The position numbers and the translations under genes were made by a program. From Candidatus Hydrogenedentota bacterium (lineage in GTDB: Bacteria > Hydrogenedentota > Hydrogenedentia > Hydrogenedentales > SLHB01): a stretch of 64,000 nucleotides of DNA. Shown piece by piece: positions 23,939-31,415 of this stretch. Under the pieces are notes generated by a model. That model was given only the letters and a program-made list of their open reading frames with translations, was not told where the DNA came from and did no database searches. The stretch covers positions 12,943 through 76,942 of the forward strand of contig JACQVH010000261.1 in NCBI GenBank assembly GCA_016209895.1. The letters are read 5' to 3'. How positions within the stretch are numbered: position 1 is the first letter of the stretch; the number at the start of each line of letters is the position of its first letter.

Positions 23939-25459
23939 ATGACCATCACGCAATTACTCGAAACCCAGGCGGAGACGGTCGGCGACAAGACGTTCATTCT
24001 CTGCGACGACGTGGCCTATAGCTTCCGACAAATCCACGAGCAGGCCGCGCGGGTCGCCGTCAACCTGGCAAAGCGAGGCGTGAAGAAGGACGACAAAGTG
24101 GTCCTCTTGATGGGCAACTGCCTCGAGTTCGTCTATGTCTTCCTGGGAGCGGGTCGGATTGGCGCCGTCGCGGTGCCGATTAATCCGTTGCTGAAGCCGG
24201 ACGAAATTGCGTATATCACGGGCAATTCCGACGCGGAAACGCTGATCATGATCCCGGAGTTTGCCCCGCTCCTTCCGAAGGCGAAGGCTATCCTGCCCCG
24301 GGTAAAGCGCATTTTTATCTTGGGCGAAGCGATCGCGGGGGCCGAATCGTTTTCCGAACTTCTGGAACCCGTGGACGATATCCCGCCCATTGTTGCGGCG
24401 TCCCCGGATGACGCGGCGCTCATTTACACTTCCGGCACGACCGGCATGCCCAAGGGCGTGATTCTCACCCACAGCAACTACGTTTGGAACGCGCGCATGA
24501 TTACCCGCGCCGTAGACATGGCGCCGACGGACCGCTTCTTCTGCGTGCTCCCGCTCTTCCATGTGAACGCGCAGGTCACCTCCATCCTGTCGCCGTTGAT
24601 GGTGGGCGCCGACGTGCTGCTCATGAAGAAATTCAATCCGTTTGCGATCCTGCCGATGATCGAAAAATATCGCGCAACGGTGTTGAGTGCGGTGCCCACG
24701 ATCTACAACGTGATGTGCCGCATGGCCGCCACGCAGACCTTCGACCTGAGCTCAATTCGGATTTTCGCCTCCGGAGCCGCGCCGTTGCCGGAAGAGACGT
24801 ACCTCGAAACCCAGCGGGTGCTCAAGCGACCGCTGATTATGGGTTACGGTTTGAGCGAGGCTACCTGCGCCAGCGCCGTGGCCAATCCGCGCGACCCCAT
24901 CAAATGGAACTCCGTCGGGTCTCCGCTGCCCTACACCGGGATACGAATTGTGGACAACGAGGGGATTGACGTGCCCATCGGTGACGTCGGCGACATTCTC
25001 GTGTCGGGTCCGGCCGTCATGAAGGGCTACTACAAGAATCCGAAGGCTACGGAGGAGGTCCTGAAGAACGGATGGCTGCGCACCGGCGATTTGGGCCGGA
25101 TTGACGAGGACGGGTACGTCTACATCGTCGGACGCTCGAAAGACATGATCATCCGGGGCGGCCAGAACATCTATCCGCAGCAAATCGAGAATATGCTGAT
25201 GAAAATCCATGGCGTCGAGGAATGCTGCGTGGTCGGCATCGAGGAGAAGCGCTGGGGGCAAGAGGTGCTGGCGGTCATCAAGCCTTCTGAGGGCGTTACT
25301 CTGAACGAACGTGACGTCATCAATTTCTGCCGAGATAATCTCGCCGGCTACAAGTGCCCGCGGTTCGTCCGGTTCGTGACCGAGTTGCCCAAGACGGCGA
25401 CCGGCAAGATCAAAAAGAATGAGGTCGCCGCACAATTCACCAGCATCGCCCAGGAATGA
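23939..25459 (+). CDS. AMP-dependent synthetase/ligase (long-chain fatty-acid-CoA ligase family). Start at the internal ATG with an AAGGAG ribosome-binding site.
   Basis: YTSGTTGMPKGV (AMP-binding P-loop) and GWLRTGDLGRIDEDGYVYIVGRSKDMII are signature motifs. Confidence 0.88.
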   Translation: MTITQLLETQAETVGDKTFILCDDVAYSFRQIHEQAARVAVNLAKRGVKKDDKVVLLMGNCLEFVYVFLGAGRIGAVAVPINPLLKPDEIAYITGNSDAETLIMIPEFAPLLPKAKAILPRVKRIFILGEAIAGAESFSELLEPVDDIPPIVAASPDDAALIYTSGTTGMPKGVILTHSNYVWNARMITRAVDMAPTDRFFCVLPLFHVNAQVTSILSPLMVGADVLLMKKFNPFAILPMIEKYRATVLSAVPTIYNVMCRMAATQTFDLSSIRIFASGAAPLPEETYLETQRVLKRPLIMGYGLSEATCASAVANPRDPIKWNSVGSPLPYTGIRIVDNEGIDVPIGDVGDILVSGPAVMKGYYKNPKATEEVLKNGWLRTGDLGRIDEDGYVYIVGRSKDMIIRGGQNIYPQQIENMLMKIHGVEECCVVGIEEKRWGQEVLAVIKPSEGVTLNERDVINFCRDNLAGYKCPRFVRFVTELPKTATGKIKKNEVAAQFTSIAQE

Positions 25460-25511
25460 GTCGAATCCGACCTATACGTCCTATAGATCGCATTTTAGGG
25501 GGAGAATTCTA

Positions 25512-26669
25512 ATGACTTCACGCGAACGTTTTCTGGAGACGATCCTTTTCGGTAAACCGGACCGGATACCCTTCACGCCCGGTGGCGGGCGGGAGACGAC
25601 ACTGGCCGCGTGGCACGCCCAAGGGCTTCCCGAAGACGCGAACTATCTGGACTTGGTCTTCGAACGAATTGACGATCTGCGCAGCGTAAGAGGCTTGCCG
25701 CCCGCCGATCATCGCCCCGAACAGACCTATGTAGACCCCGGCGTGTCGTTTCGCATGATCCCAACCTTCGACGAGAAAGTGCTCGAACACAAAGACGGCC
25801 ACTACGTCGTTCAGGACTGGATGGGAGCCGTCACCGAAATCTCGGACCGCTACGACTACACCTACATTCGCAGCGCAAAGGATTTCGTGACGCGGAAATG
25901 GCACAAATTCCCGGTGCAGAGTTGGGAAGACTGGGAGAATATGAAATGGCGCTTCGATCCCAACCACGCCGAGCGCTACCCCAAGGACTTTGAAACTCGC
26001 TGCGCAAAATTGCGCGAACGCGATTGCGCGTATGAACTCCATTTCAACGGTCCGTTCTGGCAGTTGCGCGAATTCTGCGGCATGGAAGGCCTCTGCTTGC
26101 TCATGCTCGAGCAACCTGATCTCGTCCACACGATGGCACGGTTCTGGATGGAATTCTGCCTCGAAACCATGAAGCGGCTGTTAGAGCACGTAGTCCCGGA
26201 CGGGTTGCATTTCTCCGAGGATATGGCGTTTAAGGAGCATCCCATGATCTCGCCGGAAATGACCGAAGAATTCTGCGCTCCGTGTTACCGGGCGTGGATC
26301 GAAGAGGCGAAAAGCGCCGGCGTACCGGTCTTTTCGGTGGACTCCGATGGACGCGTTGACCATCTCGTGCCGGTCTGGATGCAGTGCGGCGTCAATTGCG
26401 TGGACCCCATGGAAGTGGCCGCGGGTAATGACCTGCGCGCGATGCGGGCCGCGTTCGGAAAGAGGATGGCCTTTCGCGGCGGGATTGACAAGCGCGCGAT
26501 TGCCGCCGGCGGCGCGGTGCTCGAAGCCGAGTTGGAACGCATCCGGCCCATCGTCGAGGACGGCGGATACATCCCCGGCTGCGACCACGCCGTGCCCCCG
26601 GACATCTCCTGGCAGAACTACCAGGACTACACCCTCCAACTCGCGGAGATGACAGGATGGATGAAGTGA
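25512..26669 (+). CDS. Uroporphyrinogen decarboxylase (URO-D)-family protein, methyltransferase-like member. Start at the internal ATG with a GGGGGAG ribosome-binding site.
   Basis: MTSRERFLETILFGKPDRIPF...GGIDKRAIAAGG...IPGCDHAVPPD matches the URO-D/MtaA-like fold. Confidence 0.7.
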   Translation: MTSRERFLETILFGKPDRIPFTPGGGRETTLAAWHAQGLPEDANYLDLVFERIDDLRSVRGLPPADHRPEQTYVDPGVSFRMIPTFDEKVLEHKDGHYVVQDWMGAVTEISDRYDYTYIRSAKDFVTRKWHKFPVQSWEDWENMKWRFDPNHAERYPKDFETRCAKLRERDCAYELHFNGPFWQLREFCGMEGLCLLMLEQPDLVHTMARFWMEFCLETMKRLLEHVVPDGLHFSEDMAFKEHPMISPEMTEEFCAPCYRAWIEEAKSAGVPVFSVDSDGRVDHLVPVWMQCGVNCVDPMEVAAGNDLRAMRAAFGKRMAFRGGIDKRAIAAGGAVLEAELERIRPIVEDGGYIPGCDHAVPPDISWQNYQDYTLQLAEMTGWMK

Positions 26670-26760
26670 CGGTTTCCAGTTTCCAGTTTCCGGTTTCCAG
26701 TTTCTCTTCTCCGGACTTCTGACCCCTGTCTCCTGACTTCTCACTACCTACTCTGAGATA
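26669..26760. repeat. Intergenic microsatellites: gtttccag x4, then ctcctgacttct-type repeats.
   Basis: Direct reading shows ggtttccagtttccagtttccggtttccagtttctcttctccggacttctgacccctgtctcctgacttctcac. Confidence 0.7.
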
Positions 26761-26780
26761 ATCGTTGATGGAGACAAATA

Positions 26781-27482
26781 ATGTCAGAAACGGCACAATC
26801 AGCGGTCGTGTTGCTCAGTGGCGGGCTGGACTCGACCGTGCTGCTGCACCACGTCGTGCGGACGCTCGGCCGTGCGCCCGTTCATGCGCTAAGTTACCGT
26901 TACGGGCAACGTCACAGCCGTGAACTCGAGTGCGCGGCGTGGCAGACGAAAGCGGCCGGCGTCGCGCATTGCATTATTGACCTTTCCTTCCTGGGCGAAC
27001 TCTTGAAGGGCGGGTCGGCGCTGCTACCCGGGGCAACCGCAGTGCCAGACCTCAAGGACCTTGCCGAGGCGCAACTCGACCAACCGCCGACCTACGTTCC
27101 CCACCGCAACATGATGCTACTTTCGATTGCCTGCGCGTATGCGGAGGCCCATGCCAGTCGCGACGTTTTCTACGGCGCGCAGGCCTTGGATGAATACGGC
27201 TACTGGGACTGCACCGCCGAATTCGTCGGACGCCTGAACCGCGTGCTCAGTTTGAACCGGCGCGAGGCGGTTATCGTGCACGCGCCATTCGTGAAGTTGA
27301 AGAAAGCCGAGACGCTCGCGTTGGGTCTCCGGCTCGGCGTGGATTTCTCACATACCTGGAGCTGCTATCGCGGGGAGGACGTAGCCTGCGGCGCCTGCCC
27401 GACCTGCGTCGAACGCCTCAACGCCTTCCGCGCCGCCGACGCCACCGACCCGATTCCATACCGAGTTCCGAGTGAAAAGTGA
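26781..27482 (+). CDS. queC: 7-cyano-7-deazaguanine synthase QueC.
   Basis: LLSGGLDSTVLL PP-loop and the C-terminal Zn motif CYRGEDVACGACPTCVERL. Confidence 0.9.
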   Translation: MSETAQSAVVLLSGGLDSTVLLHHVVRTLGRAPVHALSYRYGQRHSRELECAAWQTKAAGVAHCIIDLSFLGELLKGGSALLPGATAVPDLKDLAEAQLDQPPTYVPHRNMMLLSIACAYAEAHASRDVFYGAQALDEYGYWDCTAEFVGRLNRVLSLNRREAVIVHAPFVKLKKAETLALGLRLGVDFSHTWSCYRGEDVACGACPTCVERLNAFRAADATDPIPYRVPSEK

Positions 27483-27621
27483 TGACAGCCGAGAGGACGT
27501 TATATTCATTTCCAGGGAAGCGCAGGTCAATTCCTGTGACTGCAGCGGAGAAACGTTCCTTACGGTTCAATCGAAAATCCAAAATCACTTCATCCAACAT
27601 TTGGCATTCGGCATTCGCAAT

Positions 27622-28980
27622 TCATTTCTCAACTCGGTACCAGCGGTTGTCCTGCCGGAAGATGACCGGCTCCTTGAGCGCGAGGAGTTCATTGAGTTCC
27701 GAATGTTGGCGAACCATTTCCCGGATCACATCCGATTCGCGGGAGACGACTTTGACGGGTTCTCCGTCGTAATCCTTTTCCTGCCAAACGCCATCCCGCA
27801 ATTGCAACGTTCGTCCGGCCGCGGTTTTGGCCGGTAGAACCGCAATTGTCTTAGCCGCCGCCAGGGGAGTCGCAGCCGCCATAGTCTTCACTTCCGCCGG
27901 CTTATTCGACGCCGGTTGGCGACGGGACTCGCCCTGAATGGAAGGAGTCATTACCTCGCCGCCGAGGACGAACCTTTCCCGAGTCACGGGCTGGTCCTGC
28001 GCCGTCAATTCGTTCAGTTTCGTTTCCGCTTCCATGCGCTCTTTGGCTTGTGGAGTAGCCGGCGGTGGCGAAGCAGGTAGCGCCGCGCCCGCCGTTGACT
28101 GCGGTTCCGTCGCTGACACGCCTTCGGTCGGCGCCTTCGCTATGCAGCCAAGCGACTGGAACGCGTCCGCCGGTGCGTTCTCGGTGATCCGTTCGGTTAT
28201 CGCATCCGCTTCGACCGAAGCGGCACCTTCATCCTTCACTTCGGACCTCCTCTTTGGCGCATCAGACCGCCGGAAGAAACTACTATCACTCGTCTCTGGC
28301 CGCGCTCGCGCTTGTCCGGATTCTGCTTCCGCCGAAACTATGGATTCCACGGGCTTACCCGCCACAATCATGTGCACTTCATCTCGGCCTTCGGCAACTT
28401 CCCGCGCCGGTCGTGAAATAGCCTCTGGCTCCGCCGCAGGACCCGCAACACCCGCGCCCGCCGACTCCTGCGCCGGTTCCGCCCTACCGAAGTCTCGATC
28501 CGCCAACACGCCTGACGCAGCCGATTCCTCTGCCATTTTTTTCAGGCCAGCCGTCTCGTTTGTCCTTTGTCCTTTGTCCTGTGTCCTGGACAACTGGTCA
28601 GCCATCGTTGGCGACGTTTTGGCCAACTCGAACCCGCTCTCCGGACGCTGGAATTGGTACGCCAGCCCCGCCGTGATTACAACGAATACCGCTGCCGCGG
28701 CAAGGGCGGGCCAAATCCGTAACGCCTCGTGCCGGCGCGGTCCGAATCGGAGCAGGCGCGGCCGCAGCGCCTCGTGCACCCGCTGTTCGAAATCTTCCGG
28801 GGCCCGTTCCGGACCCAACTCGCGATACAGCGTGTCCACGCGCTTGAAGCCGCCCAACTCGCGCAGGCAATCCGAACATTGCGAGAGATGCGCCTCGACC
28901 GCCTCCCGCACGTCCGGCGTCAACTCGCCGTCGAGCAGCGCGGAGAATTCTTCTCGGGCCTTCTCACATTCCATGACCAT
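27622..28980 (-). CDS. Anti-sigma factor: zf-HC2-like N-terminus, one TM helix, long low-complexity A/E/P-rich extracytoplasmic tail. Start at ATG 28980, about 2 nt after the sigma gene's stop.
   Basis: MVMECEKAREEFSALLDGELTPDVREAVEAHLSQCSDCLREL is anti-sigma-type. TM helix IWPALAAAAVFVVITAGLAY. The tail contains a DKGQRT x2 repeat (from tgtccttt x3 in the DNA). Confidence 0.7.
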   Translation of the reverse strand: MVMECEKAREEFSALLDGELTPDVREAVEAHLSQCSDCLRELGGFKRVDTLYRELGPERAPEDFEQRVHEALRPRLLRFGPRRHEALRIWPALAAAAVFVVITAGLAYQFQRPESGFELAKTSPTMADQLSRTQDKGQRTNETAGLKKMAEESAASGVLADRDFGRAEPAQESAGAGVAGPAAEPEAISRPAREVAEGRDEVHMIVAGKPVESIVSAEAESGQARARPETSDSSFFRRSDAPKRRSEVKDEGAASVEADAITERITENAPADAFQSLGCIAKAPTEGVSATEPQSTAGAALPASPPPATPQAKERMEAETKLNELTAQDQPVTRERFVLGGEVMTPSIQGESRRQPASNKPAEVKTMAAATPLAAAKTIAVLPAKTAAGRTLQLRDGVWQEKDYDGEPVKVVSRESDVIREMVRQHSELNELLALKEPVIFRQDNRWYRVEK

Positions 28981-28982
28981 GC

Positions 28983-29645
28983 TCACAACACTTCCAATTC
29001 TTTCATGCGCTCGAAGAGCATCTTCCGGGCCTGGTTGAGCCGCGATTTGACCGTGCCCACCGGGCAACCCATCGCGTTGGCGATCTCTTCGTAACTCAGG
29101 TCCTCGAACGTCCTTAACACAAAGGCCATCCGGCAGTGGTCCGGCAATTCGCACAGGCACTTCTGCAACAGCGCCTTCGTCTCGGCTTCCATGGCGGACT
29201 CGCGCGGATTCCCGCCGTTCACAACGACCTCGCGCAACACCTGCGGGGCCGACTCTTCCAGCGCCTCCAATGACGTACTCTGGTCGCGGCCTTTGCGACT
29301 CGAATCGCGTAGCCGGTTGCGCGCCAGGTTCGCGGCGATGCTGTACAGCCACGTGTACACCTTCGCCGCGCCGCGGTACTCCTTGATGCCGCGATAGGCC
29401 CGGACAAACACTTCCTGGCTCACGTCGAGCGCGTCTTCCCGATTGCCCAGGAAACGGTACACCACGCAATAAATGCGGTCCTTATACCGGCGGACCAATT
29501 CGTCGAACGCGGTCCGGTCGCCTTTCTGACATTCGGCCACCAAACCGCCGTCGGAATGTCCGCGTAACTCCTTGAGCAGCACCACGCTGATGATGACTCC
29601 GGCGGGACGGGCGCCCGCCTCTCCTCGGTCCGCTACCTTAGACAC
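28983..29645 (-). CDS. ECF-type sigma-70 family RNA polymerase sigma factor.
   Basis: AFDELVRRYKDRIYCVVYRFLGNREDALDVSQEVFVRAYRGI is region 2. LSYEEIANAMGCPVGTVKSRLNQARKML is the region 4 HTH. Confidence 0.87.
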   Translation of the reverse strand: MSKVADRGEAGARPAGVIISVVLLKELRGHSDGGLVAECQKGDRTAFDELVRRYKDRIYCVVYRFLGNREDALDVSQEVFVRAYRGIKEYRGAAKVYTWLYSIAANLARNRLRDSSRKGRDQSTSLEALEESAPQVLREVVVNGGNPRESAMEAETKALLQKCLCELPDHCRMAFVLRTFEDLSYEEIANAMGCPVGTVKSRLNQARKMLFERMKELEVL

Positions 29646-29839
29646 CGAAGCCCAACTTCGGGTTCAACCCAATATTGTACTCCCCACCTCGCAAACAAGA
29701 AAGAGGGGCCGACGCGTTCTATGGACTGCGGCCGCTTGCTGTCGCTTTCCCCAAGGGAGCTTGCTCCCGTACTCTGCTCATACGACCGTTGTTACCTTTC
29801 GCCCGCGAGGGTATAATTACCCTCATCGGGAGAACGGCC

Positions 29840-30499
29840 ATGATTTCCTTCCATAGGTGCCTCATCGCGCTGCTGGGCGCCATCCTCATCAGCGCCAGCG
29901 AATCGGAAGAACCCAAACCGAGCGCAGCGCCATTGGTTCCGCCGGTACTCGTTACGACCATCGCAGGGATTTCGGTCGGTAAAGCCGACATGCACGACAG
30001 CGACGTAACCGATCGGTTCGGACCAGGCTATTACGTCGAGGCCGGAGGCCATTGCGGAGGGCGCTATTACACGAATCCAAAACAAACATTGACTTTTTAC
30101 ATCGAGCTTGGTGTAGATCGGATTGTTGACATGGTTGAAATCACGGAGGGTCTCCATATTCCAGTGGAGATTGACGTGGATTCGATAGCGCGTATAATTT
30201 ATCGTGGCGGTAGGGAACGCGCTTGGGCTATCCCCAAAGATTTGCCGCTCCCGAAAGCGGTTACCCCTAAGCTTGGCGATTCCGTCGAAATTGATGCCGG
30301 GCTAGAGCTCGGCATGTCGCCCGATGAATTACTAAGAATCCTGGGTCCGCCTACCAGCGACAAGACAACCGACGAGCAGCACACCATCCGCTATGAAACC
30401 AACTACGAAAAGGATCCCCGCGTCCGTCTCGACTACTCGGCCACCTTCACGTTCACCAAAGGCCGCCTCACCGGCCTGAACCTCTACGATGGCGAGTAG
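29840..30499 (+). CDS. Hypothetical secreted protein. Start at the internal ATG (MISFHRCLIALLGAILISASESEE...).
   Basis: Signal-peptide-like N-terminus. No family recognised. The track ORF starts 165 nt upstream with a non-coding-looking extension. Confidence 0.5.
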   Translation: MISFHRCLIALLGAILISASESEEPKPSAAPLVPPVLVTTIAGISVGKADMHDSDVTDRFGPGYYVEAGGHCGGRYYTNPKQTLTFYIELGVDRIVDMVEITEGLHIPVEIDVDSIARIIYRGGRERAWAIPKDLPLPKAVTPKLGDSVEIDAGLELGMSPDELLRILGPPTSDKTTDEQHTIRYETNYEKDPRVRLDYSATFTFTKGRLTGLNLYDGE

Positions 30500-30595
30500 C
30501 GCGCCGTTGCTGATCTTCGAACTGAGAATGCGAAACGTCGCCAAACAGGTTGGCGTTAGCATATTGGAGTTTGCAAGATGATGACGTCTACCTAG
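30500..30595 (+). pseudogene. Remnant of a vapC-phd junction: the last ~27 codons of a vapC paralog plus the first ~6 codons of phd (with TAT>TAG).
   Basis: Reads ...APLLIFELRMRNVAKQVGVSILEFAR* then ATGATGACGTCTACCTAG. At the nucleotide level it is about 85% identical to the reverse complement of 12198-12283 (the vapC 3' end and phd start). Confidence 0.6.
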
Positions 30596-30754
30596 CGGTG
30601 CGGGAATCGCGATCGCGCAACCGCTAACATTTTTGATTGTGCCAGCAAGGGCTCTTCTTTGCGGTAGCTTGCCGCCGCTTTACCGGTGCGCAGTTCAAGC
30701 TTTAGCTCGCCGCGTGAACACCCGTCTTCGCTCGTGATAGAGTTGCCAACGAGG

Positions 30755-31030
30755 ATGTTAACTCTGCCGACAATTCTGATGATTTCTGGTTGGCGGTTCT
30801 TTTTCTACGCGAACGAACGTGATGAGTCCATGCACGTGCATTATAAGAGAGCTGAAACCGAAGCGAAATACTGGCTGGATTCGGACAATTTCTAAGCGAT
30901 AGAGGCCCATGCCTATAATATGAGTCTGGCTGATCGGCGGATGGTCCGACGGATAATCTTCGACCATTTTGACTGCCTCGTGTCCGAATGGGAGGAATTT
31001 CAGGAGAAAAAATGTGGAAAAGGCGCATGA
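30755..31030 (+). pseudogene. DUF4160-family gene interrupted by a single in-frame TAA at 30893-30895. The reading frame is otherwise intact.
   Basis: MLTLPTILMISGWRFFFYANERDESMHVHYKRAETEAKYWLDSDNF*AIEAHAYNMSLADRRMVRRIIFDHFDCLVSEWEEFQEKKCGKGA*. Both halves match DUF4160 in the same frame (GyRFfFYsnEg-ePpHiHV ... AKFWL ... W-E-F). Confidence 0.6.
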
Positions 31031-31271
31031 GGTTGGAAACGTTTTGATTATCGGGACGTTAATGAAGCTGGAAGTAGATGGCCAGGAGTACGAAGTAGAC
31101 TTGGCGAAAGAGTCAGAACTATTTGCGAAGGCGACGCCACAAGCGCGAGCACATTTCGAGATTTCCTCATCCGGGTATGGAATACATTGGCCTGAAATCG
31201 ATGAGGACCTCTCGATTGATGGTTTGATTGGCGTTCGCCACTCCTTTCCCTTGTGGGAATCGAGTCGGTGA
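31014..31271 (+). CDS. DUF2442-family protein. Start set to GTG preceded by an AGGAGA ribosome-binding site; overlaps the DUF4160 3' end.
   Basis: ...LEVDGQEYEVDLAKESELFAKATPQARAHFEISSSGYGIHWPEIDEDLSIDGL matches DUF2442 (fedG...vdl..., ...iaWp.g.DidpD.L). DUF4160 and DUF2442 commonly occur as overlapping gene pairs. Confidence 0.62.
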   Translation: MEKAHEVGNVLIIGTLMKLEVDGQEYEVDLAKESELFAKATPQARAHFEISSSGYGIHWPEIDEDLSIDGLIGVRHSFPLWESSR

Positions 31272-31415
31272 GCTGTCATTGCAAGTCAAGGAAACAAACG
31301 AAGACCTCCTGGATGCTCTATGGGCCGTTCGACAGTCTTCATCGAATCGTCAGTTTATCTCATGCTCATGCGCTAGGCGGTTTGCCTAGCGATTTTCCCA
31401 ACGGATGGCGCTATC

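Noticed and set aside
27472-27837. 121-aa plus-strand ORF between queC and the anti-sigma gene.
   Set aside because: It overlaps the 3' end of the anti-sigma gene on the opposite strand and has no family signal. The spacer between the convergent genes is short.
30686-30754. N-terminal 23-aa extension of the DUF4160 ORF (MRSSSFSSPREHPSSLVIELPTR).
   Set aside because: DUF4160 proteins begin with M-x-T-I (here MLTLPTI). The extension is Ser-rich junk upstream of the conserved start.
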